Part shown: positions 41,492 through 51,897 of the stretch, in pieces
Numbering within the stretch: position 1 is the stretch's first letter
How the letters are laid out: the number at the start of each line of letters is the position of its first letter
Origin: an uncultured Planctomycetia bacterium
GTDB taxonomy: Bacteria > Omnitrophota > Gorgyraeia > JABMRG01
Direction of reading: 5' to 3'
DNA length: 64,000 nucleotides
Assembly (NCBI GenBank): GCA_964634945.1
Contig: CAZWMG010000004.1
Location: forward strand, 52,528 to 116,527
Notes under the pieces: generated by a model
Told to the model about the DNA's origin: nothing
The model's database searches: none
The model's input: only the letters and a program-made list of their open reading frames with translations
Translations under genes and position numbers: made by a program

Positions 41492-41914
41492 ATGCGACAA
41501 GGTTTTTTGTATGCATTGCTGGTTATGATATGTTGGGGCAGTGCCCCAATATTTGCCAAGCTAGGCCTTTCTAAACTACCCCCGCTTACCGCTCTGGTCT
41601 TTAGAAATACATTTATAGCGATAATGTTTTTATCGGCCATGCTTATAAATGGCAGCATAAAGACACTTGCCGCTAGTGATATTAAGAGTGTTGTATTGAT
41701 ATTGATAGAGGCATCATTGGCAGGGCTGGTAGGGCAGTATTTTTATTACAAAGCGGTAAAGGTGTGGGAGGCTTCACGCGTTGTGCCTATTGTAGGCGCC
41801 TTTCCCTTGGTTACTTTTTTTATAGCTGTTATTATCTTGTCAGAAAAAATAACCCTGCTAAAAGTGCTGGGCGCATTATTCATAGTAGCAGGGGTTGGGT
41901 TATTGGGTATATAA
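41492..41914 (+). CDS. EamA/DMT family small transporter
   Basis: About 5 TM segments, WG...IFAKLG, ASRVVPI, LSEKIT. Confidence 0.85.
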   Translation: MRQGFLYALLVMICWGSAPIFAKLGLSKLPPLTALVFRNTFIAIMFLSAMLINGSIKTLAASDIKSVVLILIEASLAGLVGQYFYYKAVKVWEASRVVPIVGAFPLVTFFIAVIILSEKITLLKVLGALFIVAGVGLLGI

Positions 41915-41922
41915 AGGAGGTT

Positions 41923-42141
41923 ATGATGAACAAGATGGCGCTTGTACTTGTATTGGCAGTTGTTTGTACAGCCGGTTTGGTTGCATTGGACAGGTTAGAA
42001 GGTTTACACGCAGCGGAGGCAGGAAAGGCTGATTTAAGCGCTAAGATCGATGACGCGCTTGACAACCAGCAGACAATATTGCAGAAACTTGATGAGATGG
42101 CAGAACAGATACAGATTGTCAAGATAAGAGCGACGAGGTAA
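41923..42141 (+). CDS. Small secreted coiled-coil hypothetical protein (72 aa)
   Basis: AAGGAGG RBS; signal peptide followed by KIDDALDNQQTILQKLDEM...VKIRATR. Confidence 0.75.
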   Translation: MMNKMALVLVLAVVCTAGLVALDRLEGLHAAEAGKADLSAKIDDALDNQQTILQKLDEMAEQIQIVKIRATR

Positions 42142-42235
42142 GCGCAAAAATAGTGAGATGCTTGATACTAGATGCAGGATGAAAACATTAAAGGCGCTTA
42201 ACTTTGTAACATAACTAGTGAAGATAGGATGAGAT

Positions 42236-42688
42236 TTGAAGGTAAGTAAAAAATTTAGGTATGGCTTAAGGGCTATGGTCGAGTTAGCCATATGTTATAA
42301 GTCCGGCCCCTTATCCGCAAAGTCTATTGCTAAGGCAGAGGCCATTCCATTGCAGTATCTTGAGCAGATATTTCACTTGCTTAAAAAGGCGGGCCTTGTA
42401 AAGACCATAAGAGGAGCAAAAGGCGGTTATCTTCTGGCGCGCGAACCAGCAAGGATAAAAATAAGCCATATTATGGATATATTGGATACAAACTCTTATT
42501 TAGCAGATTGTCTGGCACAAAAGAAAAACATCGGCTGTGATAGGATTGACGCCTGTGCCGCCACGAAATTTTGGCAAAAACTCCATAAGAGCATAAAAGC
42601 AGTGGCAGATTCTACAACTCTCAAGGATTTAGCGATAAAAAGGTTAAAAGACGCCAGCATAGGCCATAATTACATGTTTCAAATATAA
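42236..42688 (+). CDS. Rrf2-family transcriptional regulator (IscR/CymR-like, three Cys)
   Basis: RYGLRAMVELA, YLEQI, RGAKGGYLL, C..C..C cluster. Confidence 0.93.
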   Translation: MKVSKKFRYGLRAMVELAICYKSGPLSAKSIAKAEAIPLQYLEQIFHLLKKAGLVKTIRGAKGGYLLAREPARIKISHIMDILDTNSYLADCLAQKKNIGCDRIDACAATKFWQKLHKSIKAVADSTTLKDLAIKRLKDASIGHNYMFQI

Positions 42689-42763
42689 AATGCGGGATTA
42701 TAGCTTGATTTGGCTATAATCCATTGAGAAATAGCTCATTTTGCTTGACCATATGGAGATGGT

Positions 42764-43342
42764 ATGGTAAAATCAAATACTGAAAAACAAGAAAAGAGAG
42801 ACCAAATAAGAAAGGATATCTTAACACTGTTGCGTTCGCAGCAAGATACAGAGCGTGCAATTAAGAGTGAGCAGATAAAAAGGAGGTTATTCCAGGAGAA
42901 GAGTTTCCATCAGGCTGAAACTATCATGTTTTATGCGGCAAAATCGTATGAAGTAGATACTTTGCCCATGATAGAAGATGCGCTTGGATTAGGTAAAAGA
43001 GTGGTTATACCAGTGACAAAAACCCATGAAAAACGTTTGATCCCTTCAGAAATACGAGACCCGAAAAAGGAGCTTGCAAGAGGCCCTTTCGGGATATATG
43101 AACCTAAGAAAGAATACATGAAGACCGTTGACCCTAAAGAGATAGATGTAGTTATTGTTCCGGGCGTTGCCTTTGACAAAACAGGCAACCGTATCGGTCA
43201 TGGTCAAGGTTATTTCGACAGATTCTTAAAGAACCTGCCTTCAACAACACCTACTATTGGGCTGGCATTCAAGCTCCAGCTTGTGAAAAAAATCATCGCT
43301 TTTTCATGGGATATACCTGTCACTAAATTAATCACAGCGTAA
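42764..43342 (+). CDS. ygfA: 5-formyltetrahydrofolate cyclo-ligase
   Basis: [32 protein letters not shown]. Confidence 0.95.
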   Translation: MVKSNTEKQEKRDQIRKDILTLLRSQQDTERAIKSEQIKRRLFQEKSFHQAETIMFYAAKSYEVDTLPMIEDALGLGKRVVIPVTKTHEKRLIPSEIRDPKKELARGPFGIYEPKKEYMKTVDPKEIDVVIVPGVAFDKTGNRIGHGQGYFDRFLKNLPSTTPTIGLAFKLQLVKKIIAFSWDIPVTKLITA

Positions 43343-43538
43343 TAAAAATAAGCAGATATATTGTGTCCGCTTTATTCGCGGGCCAGGGTATTGGTTTGTT
43401 TGCGTAAGCAGACAGAGCACTCAGTGCTTTAATAGTCGCATCTCGCCTTATACGAAAAAAGTTGTAATGGAAAACGGGCGGGAGCTTCAGCAGTTTTATA
43501 CAGACTGCTTTAAACATAGAAAGGAAGAAGGTGTAGCT

Positions 43539-45113
43539 ATGTCAAACAACATGAATCCAATAGTGCTTTCCTTAAGCATTATCGCGATAGCGACGCTGTT
43601 TTTTATGATAGGTTATTTTATCAGTAGCCTGATCAAATCAAAAACACACAAGTTCGCGGGTGAGAAGGCGAAACAGATAGTAGAGCAGGCGCAAAAAGAG
43701 GCTCAAAACTTACGTAAAGAAGTTGAACTTGAGTCAAAGGACCTTAAATTAAAAATACGTTCTGAATTTGAGCAGGAGACAAAGGATACACGACGTGAGA
43801 CAAAAGAAGCGGAGAGAAGGCTTACACAGCGCGAAGAGAATCTCGAGAGAAAAGTCGATCTCTTAGATGGAAAAGAAAAGAAGATAACGCAAAAAGAGAA
43901 TGAGATTATACAGAAGGAACAGAATATCACCAAAAAAGAAGCAGAGCTAAATAGGGCCCTTGAGGAAGAAAGGCAGAAACTGCAGCGTGTTGCCGGGATG
44001 TCATCGGACGAAGCAAAGAAGCTGCTTCTCGTCAGGATGGAGGAGGAGGCAAAGCAGGAAGCCGCTGTTATGCTGAAGAAGCTTGAGGAGCAGACTAAGG
44101 CAGCAGCTACCAAAAAGGCAAGGGATGTAATAAGTCTCGCGATACAGCGTTACGCCGCGGACCACACAGTAGAATCGACAGTAAGTGTTGTAAGCCTTCC
44201 TAGCGATGACATGAAAGGAAGAATCATAGGCAGAGAAGGAAGAAATATACGCGCGTTAGAGGTAGCTACCGGGGTCGATGTTATTGTCGATGACACGCCG
44301 GAAGCTGTTACGCTTTCAGGTTTTGATATAGTAAGGCGTGAGATCGCCAAGCGGACATTAGAACGACTAATAGAAGATGGTAGGATACATCCGGCAAGGA
44401 TAGAAGAGGTTGTTGAGAAGATTAAGAAAGAGATGGAGATAGGCATACGCGAAGAAGGGGAAAAAGCGGCCTTTGACGTTAATATACATGGCCTGCATCC
44501 GGAGATCATAAAACTTCTTGGACGCTTAAAATATAGAACAAGTTATGGACAAAACGCGCTCCAGCATTCCAAGGAGGTCGCGTATATAATGGGCGTTATG
44601 GCGGGTGAGCTTGGCATAGATTTTAATTTCGCCAAACGTATAGGGCTTTTACATGATATTGGTAAGGCGGTAAGCCATGAAGTTGAAGGCGGCCATGCCA
44701 AGATAGGCGCTGATTTGGCGCGCAAATACGGCGAGACAGAAGCGGTAATACATGCCCTGGAGGCGCACCACGAAGACATAGAGGCAAATTCTGTTTTTGC
44801 TGTATTAGTCCAGGCGGCAGACGCGATTAGCGCTACACGCCCGGGCGCAAGGCGAGAGACGCTTGAGACTTATGTTAAGAGACTGGAAAAACTCGAAGGC
44901 ATAGCGGATTCTTTTAAAGGTGTGGAAAAGTCATTTGCTATACAAGCAGGCAGAGAAGTGCGTGTTATTGTCCAGCCTGACAAGATTAACGATCTTCAGT
45001 CAATAAGCATGGCAAGAGATATCAGTAAGAAGGTTGAGGACAATCTACAGTACCCAGGCCAGATAAAGGTAACAGTAATACGCGAGACCCGCGCGACAGA
45101 ATACGCAAAATAA
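43539..45113 (+). CDS. rny: Ribonuclease Y
   Basis: N-terminal TM, coiled coil, KH domain [14 protein letters not shown] domain LLHDIGK. Confidence 0.98.
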   Translation: MSNNMNPIVLSLSIIAIATLFFMIGYFISSLIKSKTHKFAGEKAKQIVEQAQKEAQNLRKEVELESKDLKLKIRSEFEQETKDTRRETKEAERRLTQREENLERKVDLLDGKEKKITQKENEIIQKEQNITKKEAELNRALEEERQKLQRVAGMSSDEAKKLLLVRMEEEAKQEAAVMLKKLEEQTKAAATKKARDVISLAIQRYAADHTVESTVSVVSLPSDDMKGRIIGREGRNIRALEVATGVDVIVDDTPEAVTLSGFDIVRREIAKRTLERLIEDGRIHPARIEEVVEKIKKEMEIGIREEGEKAAFDVNIHGLHPEIIKLLGRLKYRTSYGQNALQHSKEVAYIMGVMAGELGIDFNFAKRIGLLHDIGKAVSHEVEGGHAKIGADLARKYGETEAVIHALEAHHEDIEANSVFAVLVQAADAISATRPGARRETLETYVKRLEKLEGIADSFKGVEKSFAIQAGREVRVIVQPDKINDLQSISMARDISKKVEDNLQYPGQIKVTVIRETRATEYAK

Positions 45114-45264
45114 ATAAGCGTATAACTTACGCTACGAAGCGATGTAATCTTAAGTTTACATTTTCTGCATTGCAGATTTTGTAAACTTAAGAGTTAAGTT
45201 GACAAATTATACAATACTCAAAATGTAAAGTTAAGGATAGCACAGATATAACAAAGGATGTAAT

Positions 45265-46035
45265 TTGAAGGTTTTATTGATAGGTGATATAACAGGTTCC
45301 CCGGGTAGAAATATCTTAGGGGAGAAATTACACGCACTACAAAAAAAAGAGTCCATAGATTTTACTATCGCGAATGCCGAGAACGCGGCAGGGGGAAGCG
45401 GGATAACCCCCGCTATCGCAAATGAGCTCTTTTCATACAACATTGATGTGCTGACATCAGGAGATCATGTCTGGCGGAAGAAGGAGATAGTAGAGTTTAT
45501 AGCGCGCGAGAACAGGGTTCTGCGGCCTGCCAATTATCCTGATGGCGCACCGGGCCAGGGTTTTTGTATCTACGAATCACACAGTGGTGAGAAGATAGGA
45601 GTAATCAATCTTTTAGGACGTGTCTTTATGCAGCCGGTTGATTGCCCGTTTCGCAAGGTAGCTGAATGTATCGAGCGGATATCCTCTATCACAAAGACAA
45701 TCTTTGTGGATATGCATGCTGAGGCAACCAGTGAAAAAGTGGCGCTTGGATGGTATTTGGATGGCAAGGTAAGCTGTATTTACGGTACACATACTCATGT
45801 GCAGACAGCGGATGAGAAGATATTGCCGCACAATACAGCATATATTACTGATATAGGTATGACAGGGCCGTTTGATTCTGTAATCGGAAGAAACAAAGAA
45901 CAGATCCTTGAGCGCTTTATTACACAGATGCCGACCAGATTTGAAATGGCAGATAAGGATGCTCGTATTAATGGCGCTATAGTGGATGTAGACACAGATA
46001 CAGGGCGCGCGACATCCATAAAGCGAGTTGGTTAA
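45265..46035 (+). CDS. ymdB: YmdB/TIGR00282 metallophosphoesterase
   Basis: NAENAAGG, HAEATSEK, GTHTHVQTAD, GMTGP. Confidence 0.95.
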   Translation: MKVLLIGDITGSPGRNILGEKLHALQKKESIDFTIANAENAAGGSGITPAIANELFSYNIDVLTSGDHVWRKKEIVEFIARENRVLRPANYPDGAPGQGFCIYESHSGEKIGVINLLGRVFMQPVDCPFRKVAECIERISSITKTIFVDMHAEATSEKVALGWYLDGKVSCIYGTHTHVQTADEKILPHNTAYITDIGMTGPFDSVIGRNKEQILERFITQMPTRFEMADKDARINGAIVDVDTDTGRATSIKRVG

Positions 46036-46189
46036 TAATATAGTTTAATATAAGCAATTTGACAAGGCACAAGGTGTAAGGCGCAAGGCGATTACTGCTA
46101 TCCCAAGCAGCCATCGCGTTATTCTTAGTCTTTGACTATAGATGATAATCTTGCGCCCTGTGCCTAATACCTATTTTCATCATAAAGCT

Positions 46190-47395
46190 ATGAGTGACAA
46201 TATTACCCAAGACAAGAAGATTTATTCTGTAAGCGAACTGACCCGTGACATCAGCCTACTGCTAGAGGGTGAATTTTCCAGGGTATGGGTTGAAGGCGAG
46301 GTATCAAATTTTATTCTTCACACCTCAGGGCATTGCTATTTTAGCCTGAAGGACGCGGAAAGCGTAATCGCTTGCGTGATATTTAAAAGTTCTGCCAATA
46401 AACTCAAATTTGATATAGAAAATGGCATGAGCCTTGTCTGTTCAGGCAGGATAGGCGTATATAATAAAAGGGGCCAGTACCAATTATATATTGATAAGGC
46501 AGAACCAAAAGGCGTAGGCTCTTTGCAGCTTGCCTTTACCCAGCTTAAAGAAAAACTTTTCAAAGAGGGGCTATTCGATCAGGCACATAAAAAACCGCTC
46601 CCGTATTTACCCGAAACAATCGGGATAGTTACATCGCCGACAGGAGCCGCCATCCGCGATATGCTAGATATCATAAATCGGCGTTTTCTAAATATGCATA
46701 TCATACTTTTTCCATCAAAGGTACAAGGTGAGACAGCGGGCTCAGAGATAGTTGCGGGGATAGAGGCGTTTAATCGCTTGAAAAACGTAGATCTCATTAT
46801 CATAGGACGCGGAGGCGGAAGCATAGAAGACCTATGGGCCTTTAATGAAGAATTGGTAGCAAGAGCTATATATAATTCTGAGATTCCTCTGGTTTCAGCG
46901 GTTGGACACGAGATAGATTATACTATCTCGGATTTTGTAGCAGATTTGCGCGCGCCGACGCCTTCCGCGGCAGCGGAACTTGCGGTGCCTGAAAAAAGCG
47001 ATATCCTTCAGCAGATAGAGCTGTTACAGGGAAGGCTCAAGCAGGCCCTTAAAAGCAGGGTCGACGCTCTACAAAAACATCTAGACGCTATCATGCAAAG
47101 ATACGCCTTCCGCCAGCCACAGTTTTTAATAGAGCAATATCAGCAGAGACTTGATGAACAGAGCAGATCGCTTTCGCAGAGTTTATCGCATTTTATCTCC
47201 ATAAAGAAAGAGAAGATATCGAGTGTTAATGGGAGATTGAAGGCTCTTAATCCAACAGCGATATTGTCAAGAGGCTATAGTATTACCATGACGCACCCTA
47301 GCGGTGATATTATAAAAGACGCCTCCAAGGCCAGGCAAGGTTCCTATGTGAGGACGAAGCTGGCAAAAGGAGAGATTATTAGTACGGTAGAATGA
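46190..47395 (+). CDS. xseA: Exodeoxyribonuclease VII large subunit
   Basis: SGHCYFSLKD, RGGGSIEDLWAFN, VGHEID, RAPTPSAAAE. Confidence 0.97.
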   Translation: MSDNITQDKKIYSVSELTRDISLLLEGEFSRVWVEGEVSNFILHTSGHCYFSLKDAESVIACVIFKSSANKLKFDIENGMSLVCSGRIGVYNKRGQYQLYIDKAEPKGVGSLQLAFTQLKEKLFKEGLFDQAHKKPLPYLPETIGIVTSPTGAAIRDMLDIINRRFLNMHIILFPSKVQGETAGSEIVAGIEAFNRLKNVDLIIIGRGGGSIEDLWAFNEELVARAIYNSEIPLVSAVGHEIDYTISDFVADLRAPTPSAAAELAVPEKSDILQQIELLQGRLKQALKSRVDALQKHLDAIMQRYAFRQPQFLIEQYQQRLDEQSRSLSQSLSHFISIKKEKISSVNGRLKALNPTAILSRGYSITMTHPSGDIIKDASKARQGSYVRTKLAKGEIISTVE

Positions 47396-47447
47396 TTTTG
47401 TGTTGCGCCCGCCTGCGGCGGGAGAAAATAAAACCAGAGGTGATAAG

Positions 47448-47753
47448 ATGGCAGAACAAAAATTTGAAGACGCGCTCAATAAACTGGAAAAAATAGTGAG
47501 CGATTTAGAGGACGGGGAGCTTAAGCTGGATGACGCTATTAAAAAATACGAGGAAGGCGTCAAGCTCTCAAGAGTCTGTAATAAAAAATTAAACGAAATT
47601 ACAAAAAAGATAAAAGTGCTTGTAGAGGATGATTCAGGCGATCTGGCGGAAGAAGAGTTCGACGCGCCTACTCTTGCCGCGGATGAGGGTGCGGACAAGG
47701 ATAAGCCGGCACGCAGAAAGAGCCTGCCCAAGGGAGAGAAGTATTTGTTCTAA
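47448..47753 (+). CDS. xseB: Exodeoxyribonuclease VII small subunit
   Basis: FEDALNKLEKIVSDLE.GEL.LDDAIKKYEEG. Confidence 0.95.
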   Translation: MAEQKFEDALNKLEKIVSDLEDGELKLDDAIKKYEEGVKLSRVCNKKLNEITKKIKVLVEDDSGDLAEEEFDAPTLAADEGADKDKPARRKSLPKGEKYLF

Positions 47754-47817
47754 AAAGGCGCATGTGATAAGGCACAAGGAAAAAGGATAAAGGTTAAAGG
47801 TTAAAAAAGTGACAAAA

Positions 47818-48636
47818 ATGAAAAAAGACACATTAAACTATCTTAAAAAAAGAAGAGCGATTATAGATAAGGCATTATCGAGCCTCGTTGTAGCGCCGAA
47901 GGGCAAATCAAAAACAGTATATACAGCTATGAACCACGCCTTAAAAGGCGGTAAAAGAATACGTCCGATACTCTGTTTAGCTTGTGCGGAAGCAGTTGGC
48001 GGCAGGGTAATCGACGCGCTTAAAGTTGCGTGCGCCATAGAATTGACCCATAGTTATTCACTTGTCCATGATGATCTTCCTTGTATGGACAACGACGATT
48101 ACCGCAGAGGGCGTTTAACATGCCATAAAAAATTCGGTACAGCAAACGCGGTATTGGCAGGAGACGCGCTTCTTACATACGCCTTTAATATTTTATGCTT
48201 TGCAACTAAGAGCGCATCTGTTAATATGCAGCTAGTAGAAGTTGTATCACAAGCAGCCGGTATACGCGGCATGATAGGCGGCCAGGTTGCGGATATCGCT
48301 ACCAACAAAAAAAGCCAGGCCATGCAGGAATATATAAATATCCAAAAAACAGGGGCGCTTATCGCGGCATCCTGCAAAATGGGCGCCATTTCAGCGAAGG
48401 CAAGCAAAAAGGATACAGGATTATTATTAAAATTTGGCGAGCATATAGGCATGGCCTTTCAGGTGGTTGATGATATTGTTGATAACGAAGGGCTCTCTTT
48501 AATAATGGGTCAGAGAGACGCATTTGAATACGCGAAAGGCCTGACCATAAGAGCCAAAGCTACAATAGCGGGCCTTGGCAAAAAAGCGGGGCCTCTTCAT
48601 GTAATAGCAGATTTTCTGCTTCATAGAACGCACTGA
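47818..48636 (+). CDS. ispA: Farnesyl/geranylgeranyl diphosphate synthase
   Basis: GGKRIRP, HDDLPCMDNDDYRRG, GQVAD, KTGALI, FQVVDD. Confidence 0.95.
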   Translation: MKKDTLNYLKKRRAIIDKALSSLVVAPKGKSKTVYTAMNHALKGGKRIRPILCLACAEAVGGRVIDALKVACAIELTHSYSLVHDDLPCMDNDDYRRGRLTCHKKFGTANAVLAGDALLTYAFNILCFATKSASVNMQLVEVVSQAAGIRGMIGGQVADIATNKKSQAMQEYINIQKTGALIAASCKMGAISAKASKKDTGLLLKFGEHIGMAFQVVDDIVDNEGLSLIMGQRDAFEYAKGLTIRAKATIAGLGKKAGPLHVIADFLLHRTH

Positions 48637-48655
48637 TAATAACAGGACAAGGTAA

Positions 48656-50521
48656 ATGAGTTTATTGAAAAAGATAGATTGCCCAGATGATTTAAAGGCC
48701 TTAAGCGTAGAAGAGCTTTCGAAATTATCAGAAGAGATACGCGGTTTTATGATAGACTCCGTAGCCAATACAGGCGGGCATCTCGCGCCAAGCTTAGGCG
48801 CTGTAGATTTTACAGTAGCGCTTTATTATTGTTTACACACGCCTCAGGATAAGATCGTCTGGGATGTTGGCCACCAGTCATATGCTCATAAGATACTAAC
48901 AGGAAGAAAAGAAAGATTTCACACCTTGCGTCAAAAGAACGGCATCAGCGGGTTCCCAAACGCTAAAGAGAGCGATTATGATATATTTACAGTCGGGCAT
49001 GGTTCTACTTCTATTTCAACAGCGCTTGGCCTCTGCGCGGCACGTGATTTAAAAGAGACAAGCGAAAAGATAGTAGCAGTTATAGGAGACGGATCATTAG
49101 GCGGGGGCATGGCATTTGAAGGGCTTAACCACGCGGGACAGCTCCATAAAGATTTATTGATTATCTTAAATGATAATGAATTCTCAATCTCCCCTAGCGT
49201 AGGGGCATGGAGCCGTTACTTAAACCGTGTTATTACAAATCCGGTTTATAACAGGGTAAGAGCGGATGTAGATAGGTTGATACGGCGCGTACCAAAACTA
49301 GGCTTTCGCTTAGCAGGTGCGGCCCGGAAATTGGAAGAGGGCCTAAAAAATCTGCTTGTACCGGGTATGATGTTTGAGGAGATGGGCATAAGATATTTTG
49401 GCCCTGTAGATGGCCATAATATACCCGCCCTTATAGAAGTTATGAACAATGTTCTTCCGCTGGATGAGCCGCGGCTCATACATGTCATAACAAAGAAAGG
49501 CAAAGGTTTTAAGTTTGCTGAAGATGCGCCCTCTAAGTTTCATGGAACAGCGCCGTTTGATCTGGAGAAAGGCGAGACTGCGGTTTCATCAGGAACCAGT
49601 TTTACGCAAGCCTTCAGTGATAAGATCGTAGAGCTTGCAGGCAAGAATAACAGGATAGTTGCTATAACAGCGGCAATGCCTGATGGGACAGGCCTCGATG
49701 GATTTGAGAAGACATTCCCTGATCGGTTTTTTAATGTTGGCATGGCAGAAGAGCATGCTGTAGGTTTTAGCGCCGGGCTTGCCAAGAAAGGGCTTATACC
49801 GATAGTAGCGATATATTCAAGTTTTTTGCAGCGCGCCTATGACCAGATTATACACGATGTAGCGTTACAGAATTTACATGTTGTCTTCTGTATTGACAGG
49901 GCAGGCATAGTAGGCGAGGACGGGCCGACCCACCACGGAGTCTTTGATATTTCATACCTGCGGCACATACCGAACCTTGTGTGTATGGCACCGAAGGATA
50001 TAGAAGAGCTTGCCGCGATGCTTGATTTTGCCGTAGGACATATAGGCCCCATTGCTATACGGTATCCGCGCGGTAACGCGATAGGAAAGCCTGACATGGA
50101 TATACCTATCCAAAGAATAGAGCTTGGTGTTTCAGAAATGCTGCGAGCTGGCAATGACATAGCAATATTTGCCATAGGCGACATGGTATTGCCTGCTCTT
50201 GAGGCAGCGCATCTTCTAGCGCAGGATAACATCCATGCGGAGGTTATTAATACGAGGTTTATCAAGCCGATAGATAGTGATATAATATTAAGGACAGCGC
50301 AAAGAATCAAAAAATTTCTTGTTGTAGAAGATAATGCCTTGGAAGGCGGCATGGGCTCTTGTTTATTAGAAGTCTTGGCTGACAATAATCAGGATGTAGA
50401 GGTAAAGAGATTGGGTGTACCGGATAGATTCATAACCTATGCCAAGAGAGATGAGTTGCTGGAAGAGCTCGGTTTGTCATCTCAAGCTATCGCCGGAAAG
50501 GTGCGCGAATGGCTAAAATAA
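48656..50521 (+). CDS. dxs: 1-deoxy-D-xylulose-5-phosphate synthase
   Basis: GGHLAPSLG, WDVGHQ, GDGS..GG, DRAGIVGEDGPTHHG, IRYPRG. Confidence 0.98.
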   Translation: MSLLKKIDCPDDLKALSVEELSKLSEEIRGFMIDSVANTGGHLAPSLGAVDFTVALYYCLHTPQDKIVWDVGHQSYAHKILTGRKERFHTLRQKNGISGFPNAKESDYDIFTVGHGSTSISTALGLCAARDLKETSEKIVAVIGDGSLGGGMAFEGLNHAGQLHKDLLIILNDNEFSISPSVGAWSRYLNRVITNPVYNRVRADVDRLIRRVPKLGFRLAGAARKLEEGLKNLLVPGMMFEEMGIRYFGPVDGHNIPALIEVMNNVLPLDEPRLIHVITKKGKGFKFAEDAPSKFHGTAPFDLEKGETAVSSGTSFTQAFSDKIVELAGKNNRIVAITAAMPDGTGLDGFEKTFPDRFFNVGMAEEHAVGFSAGLAKKGLIPIVAIYSSFLQRAYDQIIHDVALQNLHVVFCIDRAGIVGEDGPTHHGVFDISYLRHIPNLVCMAPKDIEELAAMLDFAVGHIGPIAIRYPRGNAIGKPDMDIPIQRIELGVSEMLRAGNDIAIFAIGDMVLPALEAAHLLAQDNIHAEVINTRFIKPIDSDIILRTAQRIKKFLVVEDNALEGGMGSCLLEVLADNNQDVEVKRLGVPDRFITYAKRDELLEELGLSSQAIAGKVREWLK

Positions 50522-50715
50522 CCATAGATCAGGAAAGATGTAAAGGGTGTGGATTATGTATAATCTATTGCCCACATAATCTTATAGTAAGCGCGGCAAA
50601 GATTAATAAGCGCGGTGTAAAACCAGCGCAATTTAAAAAAGGGCACAAGTGCGCAGGGTGCACGCTATGCGCTGTTATCTGTCCTGATAACGCCATTGAG
50701 GTATATAAAAGTTAA
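50509..50715 (+). CDS. 2x[4Fe-4S] ferredoxin, delta subunit of 2-oxoacid:ferredoxin oxidoreductase
   Basis: CKGCGLC...CP and CAGCTLC...CP. Confidence 0.92.
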   Translation: MAKITIDQERCKGCGLCIIYCPHNLIVSAAKINKRGVKPAQFKKGHKCAGCTLCAVICPDNAIEVYKS

Positions 50716-50721
50716 TTATAA

Positions 50722-50805
50722 TGGATACTAGATGCTGGATGCAAGATGCTAGATACAAGGGTACAAGGCATAGGGCACAAGGAAAAAGGCAAAAGCAAAA
50801 AGGTT
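50722..50805 (+). repeat. Degenerate heptamer array (TAGATGC then CAAGGCA types)
   Basis: About 12 consecutive 7-nt units. Confidence 0.75.
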
Positions 50806-50808
50806 AAC

Positions 50809-51897
50809 ATGAAAAGAAAACCAAAAATAGAGAAGCGAAAACCGAAAAAGCATCTTATGACAGGAAATGAAGCTATTGGTGAGGGGGCGGTTCGCGCGGG
50901 ATGCGATCTCTACGCGGGATACCCTATTACGCCGCAGAATGAGCTTACCGCTTTTATGTCAAGGAGGATGCATGAGAAGAAAAGGATATTCATCCAGTCA
51001 GAAAGTGAGATATCTGCGATAAGCATGGTCTTTGGGGCTTCATTGACAGGCAAGCGGGCGATGACTTCTTCGTCGAGCCCTGGGATTAGTTTAAAGCAGG
51101 AAGGCATATCGTATCTCGCGGGTTGTCGTCTTCCGGGTGTAATAGTAAATGTTACGCGCGGCGGTCCCGGGTTAGGTAATATATCACCTAGTCAGGCAGA
51201 CTATTTTCAGGCAACAAAAGGTGGTGGCCATGGGGACTATCATGTTATAGTGTTGGCGCCTTCAACAGCCCAAGAGGCGATGAGCCTTACTATGTTAGCG
51301 TTCGATCTCGCGGATACTTATAGGTGCCCGGCTATGATACTTACAGATGGCATGTTAGGGCAGATGATGGAACCTGTCGAGATATCTAAGTTTAAATTTA
51401 AAAATTCAAATTCTGTTAGTAAAAAATGGGCATTGACAGGCGCTAAAGGGAGAAAGCCGCAATTTATTAAGTCGCTTTATCTCAAACCAGGCGGCTTAGA
51501 AAGACACAATACTAACCTGCAAGCCACTTATAATGAGATAAAAAAAAGAGAGGTAAGATGCGAGTCTCTGTATTGCAATAACGCGGAACTTATTGTGGTT
51601 GCTTATGGTAGTGTCAGTCGTATTGTACGCGCGGCGGTCAAACGCTTAAAAAGTAAGGGAAAACATGTAGGCATGCTAAGGCCCATATCTCTGTGGCCGT
51701 TTCCGGAGAAGGCATTAAAAAAGTATACAAATAAAACAAAGAGGTTTTTAGTAATAGAGATGAGCGCGGGCCAGATGATAGAAGATGTCAAGCTTGCGGT
51801 AGAGGGGAACGCAAAGGTAGATTTCTACGGCAGGACAGGAGGCGGCATCCCTACGCAGAAAGAGGTTGAGGCCAGGATCTCTAGGTGTCTAAGATGA
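50809..51897 (+). CDS. 2-oxoacid:ferredoxin oxidoreductase alpha subunit (Vor-type)
   Basis: GNEAIG, GYPITPQ, TSSSSPGISLKQE, RGGPGLG, EMSAGQM. Confidence 0.93.
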   Translation: MKRKPKIEKRKPKKHLMTGNEAIGEGAVRAGCDLYAGYPITPQNELTAFMSRRMHEKKRIFIQSESEISAISMVFGASLTGKRAMTSSSSPGISLKQEGISYLAGCRLPGVIVNVTRGGPGLGNISPSQADYFQATKGGGHGDYHVIVLAPSTAQEAMSLTMLAFDLADTYRCPAMILTDGMLGQMMEPVEISKFKFKNSNSVSKKWALTGAKGRKPQFIKSLYLKPGGLERHNTNLQATYNEIKKREVRCESLYCNNAELIVVAYGSVSRIVRAAVKRLKSKGKHVGMLRPISLWPFPEKALKKYTNKTKRFLVIEMSAGQMIEDVKLAVEGNAKVDFYGRTGGGIPTQKEVEARISRCLR

